A program made the position numbers and the translations under genes. This document shows, piece after piece, positions 23,045 to 36,460 of a DNA stretch of 64,000 nt (the first letter of the stretch is position 1; every line of letters starts with the position of its first letter). The notes below the pieces were generated by a model. The model saw only the letters and a list, made by a program, of their open reading frames with translations. It did not search any database and was not told the DNA's origin. Where the stretch lies: positions 434,001 to 498,000 of the forward strand of contig JBHGNT010000011.1 in assembly GCA_043228905.1 (NCBI GenBank). The letters are read 5' to 3'. Source of the stretch: Azolla caroliniana (taxonomy: Eukaryota; Plantae; Polypodiophyta).

Positions 23045-26000
23045 TGTCATGAAGACATACATCTTGGCTTATCATGACATTCATCTTGGCGAACCAGGAA
23101 TCTAGCTCACAAGAATTGGGGGTCCAACTACCAAAGAAGTACATAGAATTCTCCGATGTGTTCGATAAGGTGAAGGCTAATAGACTACCAGAGCATCGAC
23201 CATATGATTTCCCAATTGATTTGCAGCCAGGAAAAGAGCCTCCATGGGGACCAATTTATAATCTTTCGCCCACGGAGTTAGAGGTTCTTCGAGAATATAT
23301 CAATGAGAACTTGGCAAATGGTTTTATCCAACATTCAAAATCTCCTGCTGGTGCACCCATCTTTTTCGTTAAGAAGAAAGATGGTACGCTTCGTATGGTC
23401 GTGGATTATCGAGGCTTGAATAAAGTGACCGTTAGAAACCGATATGCTCTCCCATTGATCTCAAGCCTTCTAGAACGCCTCAGTGAAGCAAAGTATTTCA
23501 CGAAGTTAGATCTTCGAGGTGCCTACAACCTTGTTCGAATTCGTCCTGGGGATGAATGGAAGACGGCGTTCCGCACTCGCTATGGTCATTTTGAGTACAC
23601 AGTGATGCCTTTTGGCCTCACGAATGCACCAGCAGTCTTCCAACATATGGCGAATGATATTTTTCGAGACTTCCTCGATATCTTCATCATTGTTTACCTG
23701 GATGATATCTTGATCTACTCAAAAACTCAAGAAGAACATGATATACATGTTCGCCAAGTTTTGCAACGGCTACGAGAGTATGGTCTCTATGCAAAATTGG
23801 AGAAGTGTAGTTTCGACCAATGTCAAGTGGAGTTTTTGGGGTGCATAGTCTCTTCAAATGGCATCTCTATGGATCCATCAAAGGTTCAAACAATTTTGGA
23901 TTGGCAAACACCACAGTCCGTGTGAGATGTGCAATGTTTTTTGGGGTTCGCAAACTTTTATCGCAAGTTCATCAAAGATTATTCAAAAATTGTGTTGCCC
24001 CTCACTCAACTGACGCACAAGAATCGATCATTTGTATGGAGTATAGATGCGAACTCTGCATTTGAGGGTTTAAAGCAAGCATTTACATCCGCACCAATCT
24101 TAATCCATGTCGATCCAATGAGGCGCTTTATACTTGAAGCTGATGCATCGGATTTCGCACTCGGAAGTGTACTATCCCAAATTGGTGATGATGGTGAACT
24201 GCACCCGGTGGCTTTTCACTCACGAAAATTTGAAGCCGCAGAAATCAACTATGAGATTCACGACAAAGAGCTTCTTGCCATTGTGGATTCTTTTCAACAA
24301 TGGCGTCATTTTCTGGAGGGTTCTTCTCAGCAGATTATTGTCTACAATGATCATAAAAATCTAACATACTTTCAAAGTGCTCGAGTCTTGAATTGACGAC
24401 AAGCTCGTTGGGCGCAGTTCTTAACTTGTTTCGATTTTGTAATTCTATATCGCCCTGGGATGCAACAAGGAAAAGCAGATGCTTTATCTAGACGTTCGTA
24501 TATGGAACTTCAACCTGGAGAGGCCGCATTTGAAAGCCAAAAGCAAATCCTCTTAGGTCCTGATCGTCTACGAATAATGGCAATGCATACCATCAACACA
24601 CCGGGAGATTCAAGGCTTCTTGATTCCATTCGTGAGCAGATTGCGACTGATGCGTTCGCCCAAGAGGTTTTGAGCCATATTATCCCAAATCGTGCATCTA
24701 GGTCCCAAACTCAAAATCCTCGTCTAGACTACACCCAGTTTAGTTGGCATGATGGGTTACTTTTTCGACAAACTCTCTTGTATGTGCCTGACGGTCCTTC
24801 TCGACTCAAAGTCATGCAACAATGTCATGACACACCAATGGCGGGACACTTCGGCATCCACAAGACGTTTGAGTTGATTTCTCGCCGATATTGGTGGCCA
24901 CGACTTCGCCATTTTGTTACGGATTATGTTCGTAGCTGTGATACATGTTGCCGATCAAAAAAGCCTCGACATCATCCATATGGCTTATTACAGCCAATGC
25001 CTATTCCGGAGAGCCCATGGAAATCTATTTCCTTGGACTTTATTACGGATCTTCCACCTTCCAAGGGATTTGATTCGATTCTCACGGTTGTCGATCGTTT
25101 TACGAAGATGGCACATTTCCTTCCATGCACAAAGACCATTACTAGTCAAGAGACAGCTGATTTACTCATGCGGGAGGTGTTTCGCCATCATGGTCTTCCG
25201 GATGATATTATCAGTGATCGGGGTCCCCAATTCATCTCGAAATTTTGGCGGCACATGTTCAAACTCTTACATACTTCTTGTAAACTCTCTTCCGGCTACC
25301 ATCCAGAGACTAATGGGCAGAGTGAGCGCACCAACCAAACAGTCGAGCAATATCTACGTTGTTTTGTCAACTATCAACAAGATGATTGGGTGGATTTACT
25401 ACCTTTGGCAGAATTTGCTTATAACAACTCCGAGCATTCTTCTACTGGATATTCCCCATTTTTTGCAAACATTGGGTACCATCCTCGTTGGACGATGCTT
25501 GAACATCCTGAACTCCCAAAAAACCCAGCTGCTGAAGATCGGCTCACTCGACTCCAAGAAGTTCAGGATATGCTTTTGCATCATTTATGTGAAGCCCAAA
25601 ACACTCAAAAGAAGATTGCTGACCGTCATCGGCGTGATTCATCGACTACATTTCAAGTAGGCGATCGTGTATGGCTCTTACAAGGTAGCATTAAAACGAC
25701 CCGACCTTGCTACAAATTGGATTATCAACGTTTTGGCCCATATGTCATAAGTGGTAAGATCAATGATGTGACATTTCGTCTTGATCTTCCTCCTCATATG
25801 CGTCTTCACCCGGTCTTCCATGTTTCACTTTTGGAGCCCTACACAACGAGCTCTATTCCGGGTCGTGTTACACCTCCCCCACCTCCAATTGACGTTTCCA
25901 ATGGTTCTGAATATGAGGTTGCCGCTATCCTCGACTCCAAGATCATTCGCAACAAACTATACTACTTGGTTGATTGGTTAGGCTATACACCTAATGATCG

Positions 26001-26687
26001 AACATGGGAGCCTGCCGAACATCTTGCCAATGCCTCCGACATGGTTGTTGCATTTCACAACCAATATCCTCATAAACCAAGTCTGAACTCTTTTCTTCCG
26101 ACTCGTGCAACTCGTCATCGAAAAGGGGGGATAATGTCATGAAGACATACATCTTGGCTTATCATGACATTCATCTTGGCGAACCAGGAATCGAACCCAT
26201 AACCTCTTGGTTTACATATTGTACTTTAACCATTGTAATAACATATGTGAGATGTAATCATAATAATTATATGTTTAGTTATTACGAGATATTTAGAACA
26301 TTCTAGATTATTCTAGAATGTTCTTGAATATTTCATGATTATATTTATTATTATTATTATTCATAAATATCTAAAATATTCTAGAACATTCTAGAATACT
26401 CCATAAGGGCCTATAAATAAGAGTCCATACACTCATCACAACTCATTCGGTTCAACACCAGTCTTTAGCCCTTAGCCTACTCCTTGTAATCTTCTTTCTC
26501 ATAATATAATCGCATTCCCATTTCTTATCTCTCACTTATACTTTTCTCTCTCTCGCACTCTCTCCCTCTTTCACTCTCTTTTGCTATCACTATCGCTATC
26601 TCTACCGCTCTCGCCATCTCTATCGTTATCGTTATCTCTATCGCCATCTCTCTCTCTCTCTCTGCTTCCTACTCAAGAGTCACGACA
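23045..26687 (+). mobile_element. Chromovirus copy 2, about 2.3 kb internal deletion (most of the 5' LTR, PBS, gag and protease)
   Basis: TSD CCTTT (23040-23044 and 26688-26692); 58 nt of 5' LTR joined to pol at an ATC microhomology (23100-23102); PPT and 3' LTR 26135-26687. Confidence 0.95.
23074..26142 (+). pseudogene. pol: Chromovirus copy 2 pol (RT, RH, INT, chromodomain) with two CGA-to-TGA stops
   Basis: ORFs 23074..23925, 23929..24396 and 24460..26142 are almost identical to copy 1 Pol. Confidence 0.93.
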
Positions 26688-27037
26688 CCTTTTCCTTTCG
26701 GTTCCGCGTACCCGTACGCTTCCAATAAAGCTCTCTCAAAGGACTCCCACGACTCGTGAGCTTCTTGGAGTTCCTTGACCTCCTTGTGCACCGATATGGC
26801 CACCACTTGAGGAAAATACTCTAGCCGCATCGCCTCGTCCACGCCCCCTTTCGCCATCTCGGCCTTGTAGGCTCCCAAAAATTTTGGGACATCATTCCCG
26901 TTGAACCGACCACCCTTTCGACGGGTTGTTGAGCCGCATCTCGCTCGGCCATCTTCCGTCCGGCATCCACCATGATCTTTGCCATCATCTCCCCGAAGTC
27001 GAATTCTTCTTCCATCTCCATGCTCCCTTGCCGCCTC

Positions 27038-27055
27038 TTCACGTCGGGTTCACCA
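27038..27055 (-). promoter_or_regulatory. Element A PBS complementary to the tRNA-Trp 3' end
   Basis: Plus strand TTCACGTCGGGTTCACCA matches the plant cytosolic tRNA-Trp 3' end as I recall it; 4 nt from the LTR. Confidence 0.85.
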
Positions 27056-27059
27056 AAGA

Positions 27060-27820
27060 TGTCGCGAAGTTCCGCGGGTACGTGTAGGATCCGAGGCAGG
27101 ACCACGAAGGTCTTGGACTAGGAAGTAGAGGAGGAGTAAGACACGAAATAGGAGCTTAGCTCAAGAGGAGAAGAGAAAGAATAGCACATAAGCATAGACA
27201 AAAGTAATTGGAAGCAAGATATTCAACAAGTTATATTAAAATAGACGAATGATTACAACAATGGTGGCCACATAGGCCACACCAAACGAAATAAGAAAAC
27301 CCTAACCGACTAAGTAAGAAGAAGTTGGATAAGAAAACCCTAACCCTAAATCGAAATGGGAAGAAGAAGAAGACTAGAACTCAGTGGTATACCTAACTCA
27401 CACTCAAAAATAGGCAACCCTTTCAAACGTGACCCCTCACTCCCTTTTATAGATGTAAGGGGTGAGGCACAATACAAGATTGGTCAAATCCCCTTCTCCT
27501 TTTTCAAAGGAGAATATTTGATCTCGATCATGAGACTGTTAGCCATAACTCCCACTTCCCCCTAGCCGTCCTATTCAATACCCATCACTCCCCTACACTT
27601 ATTCTTTATGTACCTCTGCCTAGTCTACAAGTGCACATCGACTTTATGCCTCAACGAATTCCATGGTGCACCTTTCACACCTTAGATTATTCCCCTTTTT
27701 CTTACATTTTTCTATCTTATTCTTATTACACAAATATACAAGTGCATGTGCACATGTTGCACACCACCGATTTGCCCATTCTATCCCGGTTTCACTGCGT
27801 GGCCGGAAATCTTCACGACA
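27060..27820 (-). repeat. Element A 5' LTR
   Basis: TG...CA; direct repeat of 3311-4070. Confidence 0.92.
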
Positions 27821-28076
27821 ACAGATAAGGCATATCATCCTCACCCCAAATATTGTAAAATGATACCTCTTCCGGCTGATTTTCGTCCAAAGACTAATTA
27901 TAAGTAAAATTAGGAAGTGCAGATCACCTTCTACTTGTTTCCGGCTATAAATCTGAAGTCGACTCTTTCTCTAATGCCTTCGTAACAGAACGTGTATGAG
28001 GACACTTACAACCGACCGGGGTATCCGGATCAGATGACATCCATTCGTCTTGTTCTCTGCACAATGTAGATGTAAT

Positions 28077-28087
28077 CGGGCGTGCCA
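28077..28087 (-). promoter_or_regulatory. G1 PBS complementary to tRNA-Arg (TGGCACGCCCG); putative 5' LTR follows at about 28092-28474
   Basis: Plus strand CGGGCGTGCCA upstream of gag; minus-strand TATAAAAGG near 28390. LTR limits are approximate. Confidence 0.6.
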
Positions 28088-28534
28088 AAATTATAGTGTG
28101 TTGTTCGGTCGACACTAATTGTTTACTGATACAGTATAAGACGAACGTTCATACCGAACATTCTATCAAGAAGTTGTGGTTAAACGAATAGAGACGTATT
28201 GGTTGTAAACTGATCGGTGATAAGAGACATTGAGATCGTTACTTAGATAATAAGTTTAGACAAAAGGAAATAAATAACTAGCCAAGACGATTTGTACATA
28301 GTACACCGATTCATACACAGAGATTTCCTAACTAAACTTTCTATTACTAAATAAATGATAGGTTTGTACAATGCCTTCGGTTCCTTTTATAGGCAACCTG
28401 AAGGTCTTTTCTCATCAAGAAATACTACTCCTATAATTATCAAGAATTACAAAATTTCATAAATAACTATCTACTTTTCGGCTTTGTGGTGAGTCATCGA
28501 TCCAAACTGTCGATCTGACTCCAACTCCGATTCA

Positions 28535-29132
28535 TGAAAGAAACTACACGCTCCGATGAACAACGCTCGGCCACAACCGAGCCTAGAATCAAACACAGAA
28601 AAAACGGGTAATGCACGCACGACACAGGGAAGAGAAGAGAACACGGAATGTTAACATGGAAAACCCAAACTAGGGAAAAAACCACGACAACCCACAGACT
28701 GCGAACTATCACTATATCACAATGATTACAACAGTGAGCTCACGGAGGCAACGACCTCGTGCTCACGATCTTCGCACAGGCGGCGGTTACAACAGAGGCA
28801 ACGACCTCTTCCTCTGTCTCTCTCTTTGTACACAGTTACGCGCCTCTTCTTGCACCAACAAGAATGACGACTACACTCACACACTGAGTTTGCCCTAAGT
28901 CATATTTATACTAATATGACTTTTCAGCTATTTACAAATATAGCCCCAAAGGACTCTCAGAGACATATTTACGAATATGTCCCTTCATCCGGTGAGCACT
29001 CCTCACTGGGTCTGCATCATCCAGCGCTTGCCGGGCACTCCTCATCCGGTTCTCACCGGGTCTTCCATAGCTGGGTACTCCTCATCCGGTTCTCACCAGG
29101 TCATCCCATCCGGAGGGACCTGTTTCCTAATA
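28535..29132 (-). mobile_element. Solo LTR of the Tnt1/Tork-like C family
   Basis: Aligns with the C3 and C1 LTRs (CACGCTCCGATGAAC...GGAGGGACCTGTTTCCTAA); flanks ATTCA and ATTCC (imperfect 5-bp TSD). Confidence 0.85.
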
Positions 29133-29137
29133 ATTCC

Positions 29138-29450
29138 GAACTCCTTCCGACTCCAATGCTTTCATACTTGTCTGGGCAACAATGTTCCACTGCGGAATAC
29201 CCTAAGTTTAAGCAAATTGTACATTGAATAACCTGTCAAAAGCAATGTTCCTCGTCCTATGGCAATGCTTGTCGTAACGAGGTCATAGAAAATCCTTCAT
29301 CTTCTTCTTCCAGTTCAAGCTTTAATGCTCGCTCGATGACCATGTCCGTTGTTTCCCCTTTCACGCTATGCGCGCTAAGTGTTGTCTTGATAGGCCTGCC
29401 AAAAACGTTTCTTTAGCCTCTTCATCTGCCAAAAATGTGAGTGGTCAGTC
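29138..29450 (-). pseudogene. Gag fragment of a third Athila/Tat-like Gypsy
   Basis: Minus-strand translation DEEAKETFLAG...VIERALKLE...IQCTICLNLG resembles the G1 and G2 gag. Confidence 0.55.
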
Positions 29451-29779
29451 TGGATGGGTCGGCTCTCCGTGTCGTCTACGGCAAGACATCCGTCCCTTGT
29501 TGTTCGTCTGCAAAAAATCACAGATCACCAGGCATGCCAAACGTGTTACCGATATGGAACAATGTCCATCTTCAGTCCTATGAGACAGGCCTCAAGGTGG
29601 TTGCATAGCAAGGTACGATGCTACACGAGGCGTGAACTGTAGTTCGTTAGTTGCGTGACAATACGTATCTAGGGATGAAGGTTCACAGCTACAACCAAGA
29701 ACTTGAGTGTGCTACTACATCGACTCTTACCCTACACTTATAGAGACACACTTACGAATAGCACAGAGATTACACAAGA

Positions 29780-32700
29780 TGACAGGAACCCACGCTCCGA
29801 TGAACAACACTCGGCCACAACCGAGCCTAGGATAAGACACAGAAAAACGGGTAATGAACGCACGACACAGTGAAGAGAAGAATACATAGGATGTTAACGT
29901 AGCAAAAACCCAAACTAGGGAAAAACCACGGCAGCCCACAAACTGCAAACTATCACTATATCAGAATGTACAATAGTAAAGCACTGAAGCAATGACCTCG
30001 AGCTTCCTATCTTCGCCATAGGAGGCGGTTACAACAGAGGCAACGACCTCTTCCTCTCTCTCACTCACTCTGTACACAGTTACGCGCTCTAATCTTTCAC
30101 CAACAAAATGACAACACACGTACTAAGTTTGCCCTAAGTCATATTTATACTAATATGACTTTTCGGCTATTTACAAATATAGCCCCGATGGACTCTCAAA
30201 AACATATTTACGAATATGTCCCTTCATCTGGTGAGCACTCCTCACCGGGCCTACATCATCCGGCGCTTGCCGGGCACACGTCATCCGGTTCTCACCGGGT
30301 CTTCACCATCTGGCTCTTGTCGGGTACTTGTCATCCGGTTCTCACCGGGTCTTCCATAACCGGGTACTCCACATCCGGTTTCGGCCTCGGCCGAGTTTGC
30401 TCATCATCACTGTTCTTTTCACTTCCCATCCGGAGGGACCTGTTTCCTAATAAAATCCCCCTTCACTCCAGCATGGGATGTCTTACTAGTCTGATCCGCT
30501 TCCGACATGCATCTAGCTTGTCAGGTATCAGTACTTTGGTCAGCATATCTGACCCGTTCTCGGCCGTGTGGATCTTCATCAGCGCGAACTCTCGATCTTC
30601 TACTCGCTCCCGGATCTAGTGATACCTACGTTGGATGTGCTTTGTCCTGGTGTGGTACGCTTCGTTCTTTGCAAGGTGGATGGCACTTTCACTGTCGCAA
30701 TAGAGCCGGTATTCATCTTCCCGAATACCGAGCTCTCCGATGAAGTCCTTCATCCGTAGTATTTCCTTGTCGGCTTCCACAGCCACCATGTACTCCGCTT
30801 CCGTGGTTGACAATGCAACTGTCTTCTACAACCTCGACTGCCACGAAACAACTCCCCCTACATATGTCATTACATACCTGGATGTAGACCGGCTAGTATC
30901 CACATCAGCCGACATGTCTGAATCGGTGAAACCGTCAAGTTGAGGTTTATCTGGGCCAAATCGGAGACACATGTTCGAAGTGCCCTTCAAGTACCGGAGT
31001 ATGCATTTGACCGCGTTCCAATGCTCCTTGTCGGGATTGCTCATAAACTGGCTCACCACTCCGACTGCGTATCCTATATCCGGTCGGGTACACACCAATG
31101 CGTACATTAAGCTCCCGACGGCAGAGGCATATGGAACCTTCATCATATCAGCCTTCTCTACTTTCGTCTTCGGGCTTTGCTTACCGGATAATTTGCAGTT
31201 TGCCGGGAGTGTCGATCCGACCGGTTTCGCTTCTAACATGTTGAACCGCTGAAGCACCTTTGTCATGTACTTCTCCTGTGACAGCCACAATTGCTTCGTT
31301 GACTGGTTCCGGATGATGTGCATCCCCAACATCTGTCTTGCCGGACCCAAGTCTTTCATTGCGAAAGTTCGGTTGAGAGCCTTCTTCAGCATCCGTATTT
31401 TGGCTTGGTCCCGTCCGACTATCAACATGTCATTCACGTACAGAAGGAGTATCAGGAAGTCGCCTCCTTCGAACTTCTTTACAAACACGAAGTGATCGGC
31501 CTGCGTCTTCTTGTGTACAAACACGCAGTGATCGGTCATGAAGGAGTCAAACTTCTGGTACCATTGTCGGGGAGTCTGCTTCAGTCTATACATACCAGGT
31601 GCTCCTTCCCTTTCTCCATGAATCCTTCCGGTTGTTGCATGTAGATCTCCTCTTCGAGGTCACCGTGAAGGAATGTCGTCTTCACGTCTAGCTGCTCTAC
31701 CTCGAGGTCCATGCTTGCCGCTATACTCAGCACCGTCCGGATGGAGGTCATCTTTACTACCGGGGCAAATATCTCATCGAAGTCCACGCACTTCTTCTGC
31801 TGGAACCCCTTCACCACAATTCTGGCTTTGTATCTTGGGGGGTTGCAGGCATCTCCCGATTTCAACTTGTACACCCACTTGTTTCGGAGTGCCCGCTTTC
31901 CTTTCGGCAACTCCACCAATTCGTACGTATGGTTCTCATGCAGGGTATCCATCTCATCCTGAATGGCACTTAACCATTTGCGGTTGTGGGTGTCATCCTT
32001 TGCTTCTTCGAAGCTTTCCGGCTCTCCCTCATCGGTTAGCAGCACATGCTCTACATCCGGAAATCTCTGGGGGGCCCTTCTCTCTCTAAGAGGATATCTC
32101 CGTCTTTGGCCTTTGGCAACCGGCTCCACTATTTGTTCTTCATCCGAATCCTATTCGGGATCTTGGCCGGTTCCGATTTCAGCTTCCTCTACTTCTTCTT
32201 CTGCCGGTTCGGTATTCTCACCATAACCAGCCGGTTCCTAGAGTGTCAACCGGCTCTTAGCCAGGTGTGTCTGAATCTCATTGGAGATCGTTATCTTCTT
32301 CTCTGACTCCCAGTCGGCAAGAGTCTTGTCCTCCATGAAGATAATATCTCGACTCTAGAATACCTTCTTGTCAGCCAGGTCCCACACTCTGTAGCTGAAC
32401 TCATCGTCGCCATAACCGAGGAATATGCATGGCAGGGTCTTTGGATCTAACTTTCCTCTCTGGTCCTTAGCAACATGCACGTACGCAAGACACCCGAATA
32501 CCTTCAGATGCCGGTAGGACACTTCCTTACCAGTCCAGACTCTCAGTGGTGTGTCTCCGTCCAAGGGTACTGAATGTGATCTGTTTATCACATATGTCGC
32601 CGTCGACAGTGCCTCAGCCCAGAACTTCTTGGATAGTTTTGCATGCGCCAGCATACTCTGGACCCTCTCCATTATCGTCTGGTTCATCCTCTCGGCCTGC

Positions 32701-35217
32701 CCATTTAGTTCCGGCATCTTCAGCACGGTAAATTTGAGTCGGATTCCCTTCGAGCGGTAGTACTCCTCGAACTACCCTTGGTATTCTCCTCCGTTATCTG
32801 CTCGAACCGCCTTCAGCTTCCGACCGGTTTCTCTTTCCACTCTTGCGTGGAGTTCTTTGAAGACGGATAGCACCTGATCCTTCGTCTTCAACGGTGTGGC
32901 CCATAACTTCTAGCTCTGGTTGTCTATGAATGTCACGAAGTACTGCAATCCGGCATGTGACTTCGTGTCCACTTGACACACATCAGTATGCACCAACTCC
33001 AGTGGTGCATTACGTCTCATCGGTGGCCTTGATCGGAAGGAGGTCCGGTTTTGTTTACCGGCCAGACAATCAATGCACTTCTCCAAGTGCACGTTCTTCA
33101 CTGGAATGAGGTTGTCGTCTGCAAGCCTCTTCATCCCCTTCTCACTCATGTGACACAGCCTCTTGTGCCACAGGTCACCGGCAGTGTCGGAAGCCATGTT
33201 CACTTCATCCGGGCATAACCGGGCATTCATTAGGTACAACGTGTTTACCTTCCGGGCCCGAGCCACAATCAGTCTCCCTTTGCTGAACTTCATGACACCG
33301 TTCCGAATGCTACCCGTGTAGCCTTCATCATCTAGCCGACCGGCTGATATCAGGTTCAGACGAACCTCCGGAACGTGTCGGACATCCTTCAGCAACAGCT
33401 TGCATCCGGTTGGTGTTGTCAACCACACGTCTCCTATGCCGACAATTCGACATGTACCTTCATTCCCCATCCGGACACAGTCGTGATCACTGGCTGAGTA
33501 GGATGAGAAGCATTTCTGATCCGGGGTAAGGTGGAACGATGCTCCGGAGTCGACCACTCAGGTCATCTCGTCGCCGGCAAGGTTTAGCTCACTCTCCTCA
33601 GTGATGAGCATCAACTCTTCTTCACTTGCCGCGATTGCCGTCGTTCCCTTCCGGTCTGGTCCCCTCCGGTCTTACCGTTCAGGTCCGGTGTCCGCTTCGA
33701 ATCGTTACCGTCGGTTTCCTTGTCTTTTTGGAAGTGCCGATAGTTCTTCTGGAAGTGTCCCAGCTTGCCGCAATAGAAGCAAGTAGGCCTCCCCCTTGAC
33801 TTTGACTGTGTCCCCGACTTTTGCCGGTTCTGGAGACTACAGTTCCTTTGTCTTCCGCGTTCCGATTCGTTAAGGAGCGCTTTGGAGTTGGAGCTCGTAT
33901 CCTTATCTTTCCGACGCGCCTCCTCATCTAGCAAACTCGACTTCACTCTTGCTAGGGATAACCGTTTCCCTTCCAGCCCGGCATTGCCCAAAGTGACAAC
34001 CAATGTCTCCCAGCTATCTGGGAGGGAACCGAGCAGGAGTAGCGCTAATACCTCATCGGTGAGAGGTACTTCCAATGATGTTGCCTGGTGGATCAGCTAC
34101 TGGAAGGCATTCATGTGCTCCGCCATGCTGGAGCCATCCTTGTACCGGAGTCTTATTAGCTTCCGAAATACCGAAACCTGATTAACAACATTTTTGTTTT
34201 GAAACATAATGCCGATCTTCTCCCAGAGCTCATGAGCCTTGCTCTCTTTATTGAAGTTGTTGTATAGACTCATGTCGATGAAGCACCGTATCTACGCCGT
34301 TGTCTTCATGTGCATCACCTCCCATATCGTGGCGTCGATTTTGTCCGGTCTCTTGTCCCCGAACTGAACCGGCAACCAAAGATCTTTAACCAAGAGCATG
34401 TCCCTCATCTTCGACTTCCACACGGAGTAGTTGGAGCCGGTGAGCTTGAACATGCCTCCCAATGATTCGTCCATTTTCTGTGTCGTTTCGCTCTGATACC
34501 ACTTTGACAGGAACACACGCTCCGATGAACAGCGTTCGGCCACAACCAAGCCTAGGATAAGACACAGAAGAACGGGTAATGAACGCACGACACAGTGAAG
34601 AGAAGAATACACAGGATGTTAACGTGGAAAAAACCCAAACTAGGGAAAAACCACAGCAGCCCACAGACTGCAAACTATCACTATATCAGAATGTACAATA
34701 GTAAAGCACCGAAGCAACGACCTCGAGCTTCCTATCTTCGCCATAGGCGGCGGTTACAACAGAGGCAACGACCTCTTCCTCTCTCTCACTCACTCTATAC
34801 ACAGTTATGTGCTCTAATCTTTCACCAACAAAATGACAACACATGTACTAAGTTTGCCCTAAGTCATATTTATACTAATATGACTTTTCGGCTATTTACA
34901 AATATAGCCCCGATGGATTCTCAGAAACATATTTACGAATATGTCCCTTCATCCGGTGAGCACTCCTCACCGGGCCTGCATCATCCGGTGCTTGCCGGGC
35001 ACACGTCATCCGGTTCTCACCGGGTCTTCCGTTGCCGGGCACTCCACATCCGGTTCTCACCGGGTCTTCACCATCCGGCTCTTGCCGAGTACTCGTCATC
35101 CGGTTCTCACCGGATCTTCCATAGCCGGGTACTCCACATCCGGTTTCGGCCTCAGCCGAGTTTGCTCATCATCACTGTTCTTTTCACTTCCCATCCGGAG
35201 GGACCTGTTTCCTAACA
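29780..35217 (-). mobile_element. Full-length but decayed Tnt1/Tork-like Copia C3
   Basis: LTRs 29780-30452 and 34505-35217; TSD CAAGA (29775-29779 and 35218-35222); PBS-iMet 34490-34501; PPT near 30453-30465. Confidence 0.95.
30463..34474 (-). pseudogene. C3 gag-pol, fragmented
   Basis: ORFs 33611..34075 (CFYCGKLGH), 32910..33557 (VDSGASFH), 32355..32726, 31581..32129, 30826..31593 and 30616..30813; collinear with C2. Confidence 0.93.
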
Positions 35218-35559
35218 CAAGACAACACAAGTTCCACAGACACAGAAAATCTAAGAAAATAAGATTCTATTAGAAAAGCTTAACACTACAAAATTACACG
35301 CTACCTCTTACAGAGGATTTCTTCCCTTTACATACATAGGGCATTCAGCTGGTCACGCTTCTTGCATGAACCGTTACATTTATTTCCTTAACGTTGTTAA
35401 TACATTTTTTAATATTTTACGCATTATGTCCAACGGTTACAATTCCAACAGACAACATTGGTGTAATCCATAACCGATATATCTTTTTGCCAGATGTTGT
35501 TCAACTCTTGCTGGAGCTGCAACTTACGAGTTTAGGGTTTAGGGTTTCCCAAGTCTCCT

Positions 35560-36370
35560 TCAGGGTCTTTGCATCCTTTATGTAGCCAAACATCTGATCG
35601 TGCACATAGGACGCGCAAGGCAATACAATACTCGGCTCACTCCTTGTTCCCATGTTGGGAAGTCCTTTTGTGTTGGCTATAGCGCTACCTCATTAGCTCC
35701 TTCGACATAGCTCCAATATCCGTGCCCCAATAGGTATTGCTGCATCTTGTATGACCAGGACGTGTAGTTGCTCCAGTCGAGCTTCTCTGTCAGGAGTGAA
35801 CTCGCCATACCTCTATCCATGTCTATCTCTTTCTATTCTTGTTGGGTGTTAGGGTTTGTCTTCGAAAGCATGTGTCGGTTGTAGAGGTTCTCAACCCTTG
35901 CACTCTGCTACCATGTAATGTTAATCTGTGGAAGCGTTAGACAGACCGGCTCCGCTTGATAGCAACTGAGTATGAGAGAATTGGTTTTAATGGAAAAGCT
36001 TAATACATAGAGAATATACACAAGAGAGACAGAAACACCGGGTCATTTAGAATAGGTAATATGTCGCATTCCTTTATTTATAAATACATGAGATGTCAAG
36101 AAATACAATTTTTTAACAAATTTCCAAGAATGTATCACGCATGCGCACATGACTTCTAAAAACATTAAAAAAACAAACAATTGATATTATTAAAATTTCA
36201 AATCTAACCTATAGTTTCCAAATTCATACACATATTTATCTAGACATCCACTTAGATTACGAGAATGCTATCAACTATCATTGTAATATGGTTCATTTAC
36301 ACAATGTCGAAATTATATCCCATTTGAAAATTTTGGAAACACAAATCTAGTACTATATTTTACTCTAACA
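35560..36370 (-). mobile_element. Old truncated B-family Copia: gag start, degenerate PBS and 5' LTR (35914 to about 36370)
   Basis: MDRGMASSLLTEKLDWSNYTSWSYKM-like start; ACTCTGCTACCA|TGTAATG junction. Confidence 0.7.
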
Positions 36371-36460
36371 CCTATAAAGCTTAATATGCTAAATGAGCGA
36401 ATTGCATTTTTCATGATAATTAGAGACACATTCACCCATGAATATCACAATATCTACGTC

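Larger units (their letters stand above)
21696..27021 (-). pseudogene. Element A gag-like ORF, split by chromovirus copy 2
   Basis: Fragments 26821..27105, 26669..26878, 22787..23062 (FREFERRFSQLSE...GADKVLLF...GLTEEWAEVE) and 22193..22774 are homologous to the element D ORF. Confidence 0.78.
3311..27820 (-). mobile_element. Element A: tRNA-Trp-primed, apparently non-autonomous (gag-like ORF only) Gypsy-type LTR element, heavily nested
   Basis: Similar LTRs at 3311-4070 and 27060-27820 (TGTCGC...; the second ends ...CACGACA). Flanks ACGG (3307-3310) and ACAG (27821-27824) form a 4-bp TSD with one transition. Host gag is continuous across the insertion. Confidence 0.85.
1..28474 (-). mobile_element. 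Ty3/Gypsy non-chromovirus (Athila/Tat-like) LTR retrotransposon G1, decayed, interrupted at 3311-27820 by element A; 3' part runs off the left edge
   Basis: RT motifs in 239..1021 (CVDYRKLN, YSFLDGFSGYNQ, FLDDF); protease-like IVDGG in 1430..2170; gag zinc-knuckle remnant. Joining the flanks at 27821 and 3310 restores the gag frame DDMPYPYSKFREGANGEAHVRDF, homologous to G2 gag DDDMSFQYSKYRDDPDAEAHVHDF. tRNA-Arg PBS at 28077-28087. Confidence 0.85.

Noticed and set aside
35223-35520. Possible additional LTR around the C3 insertion site (with about 29700-29779)
   Set aside because: No partner LTR, PBS or TSD could be identified, so it is not called.
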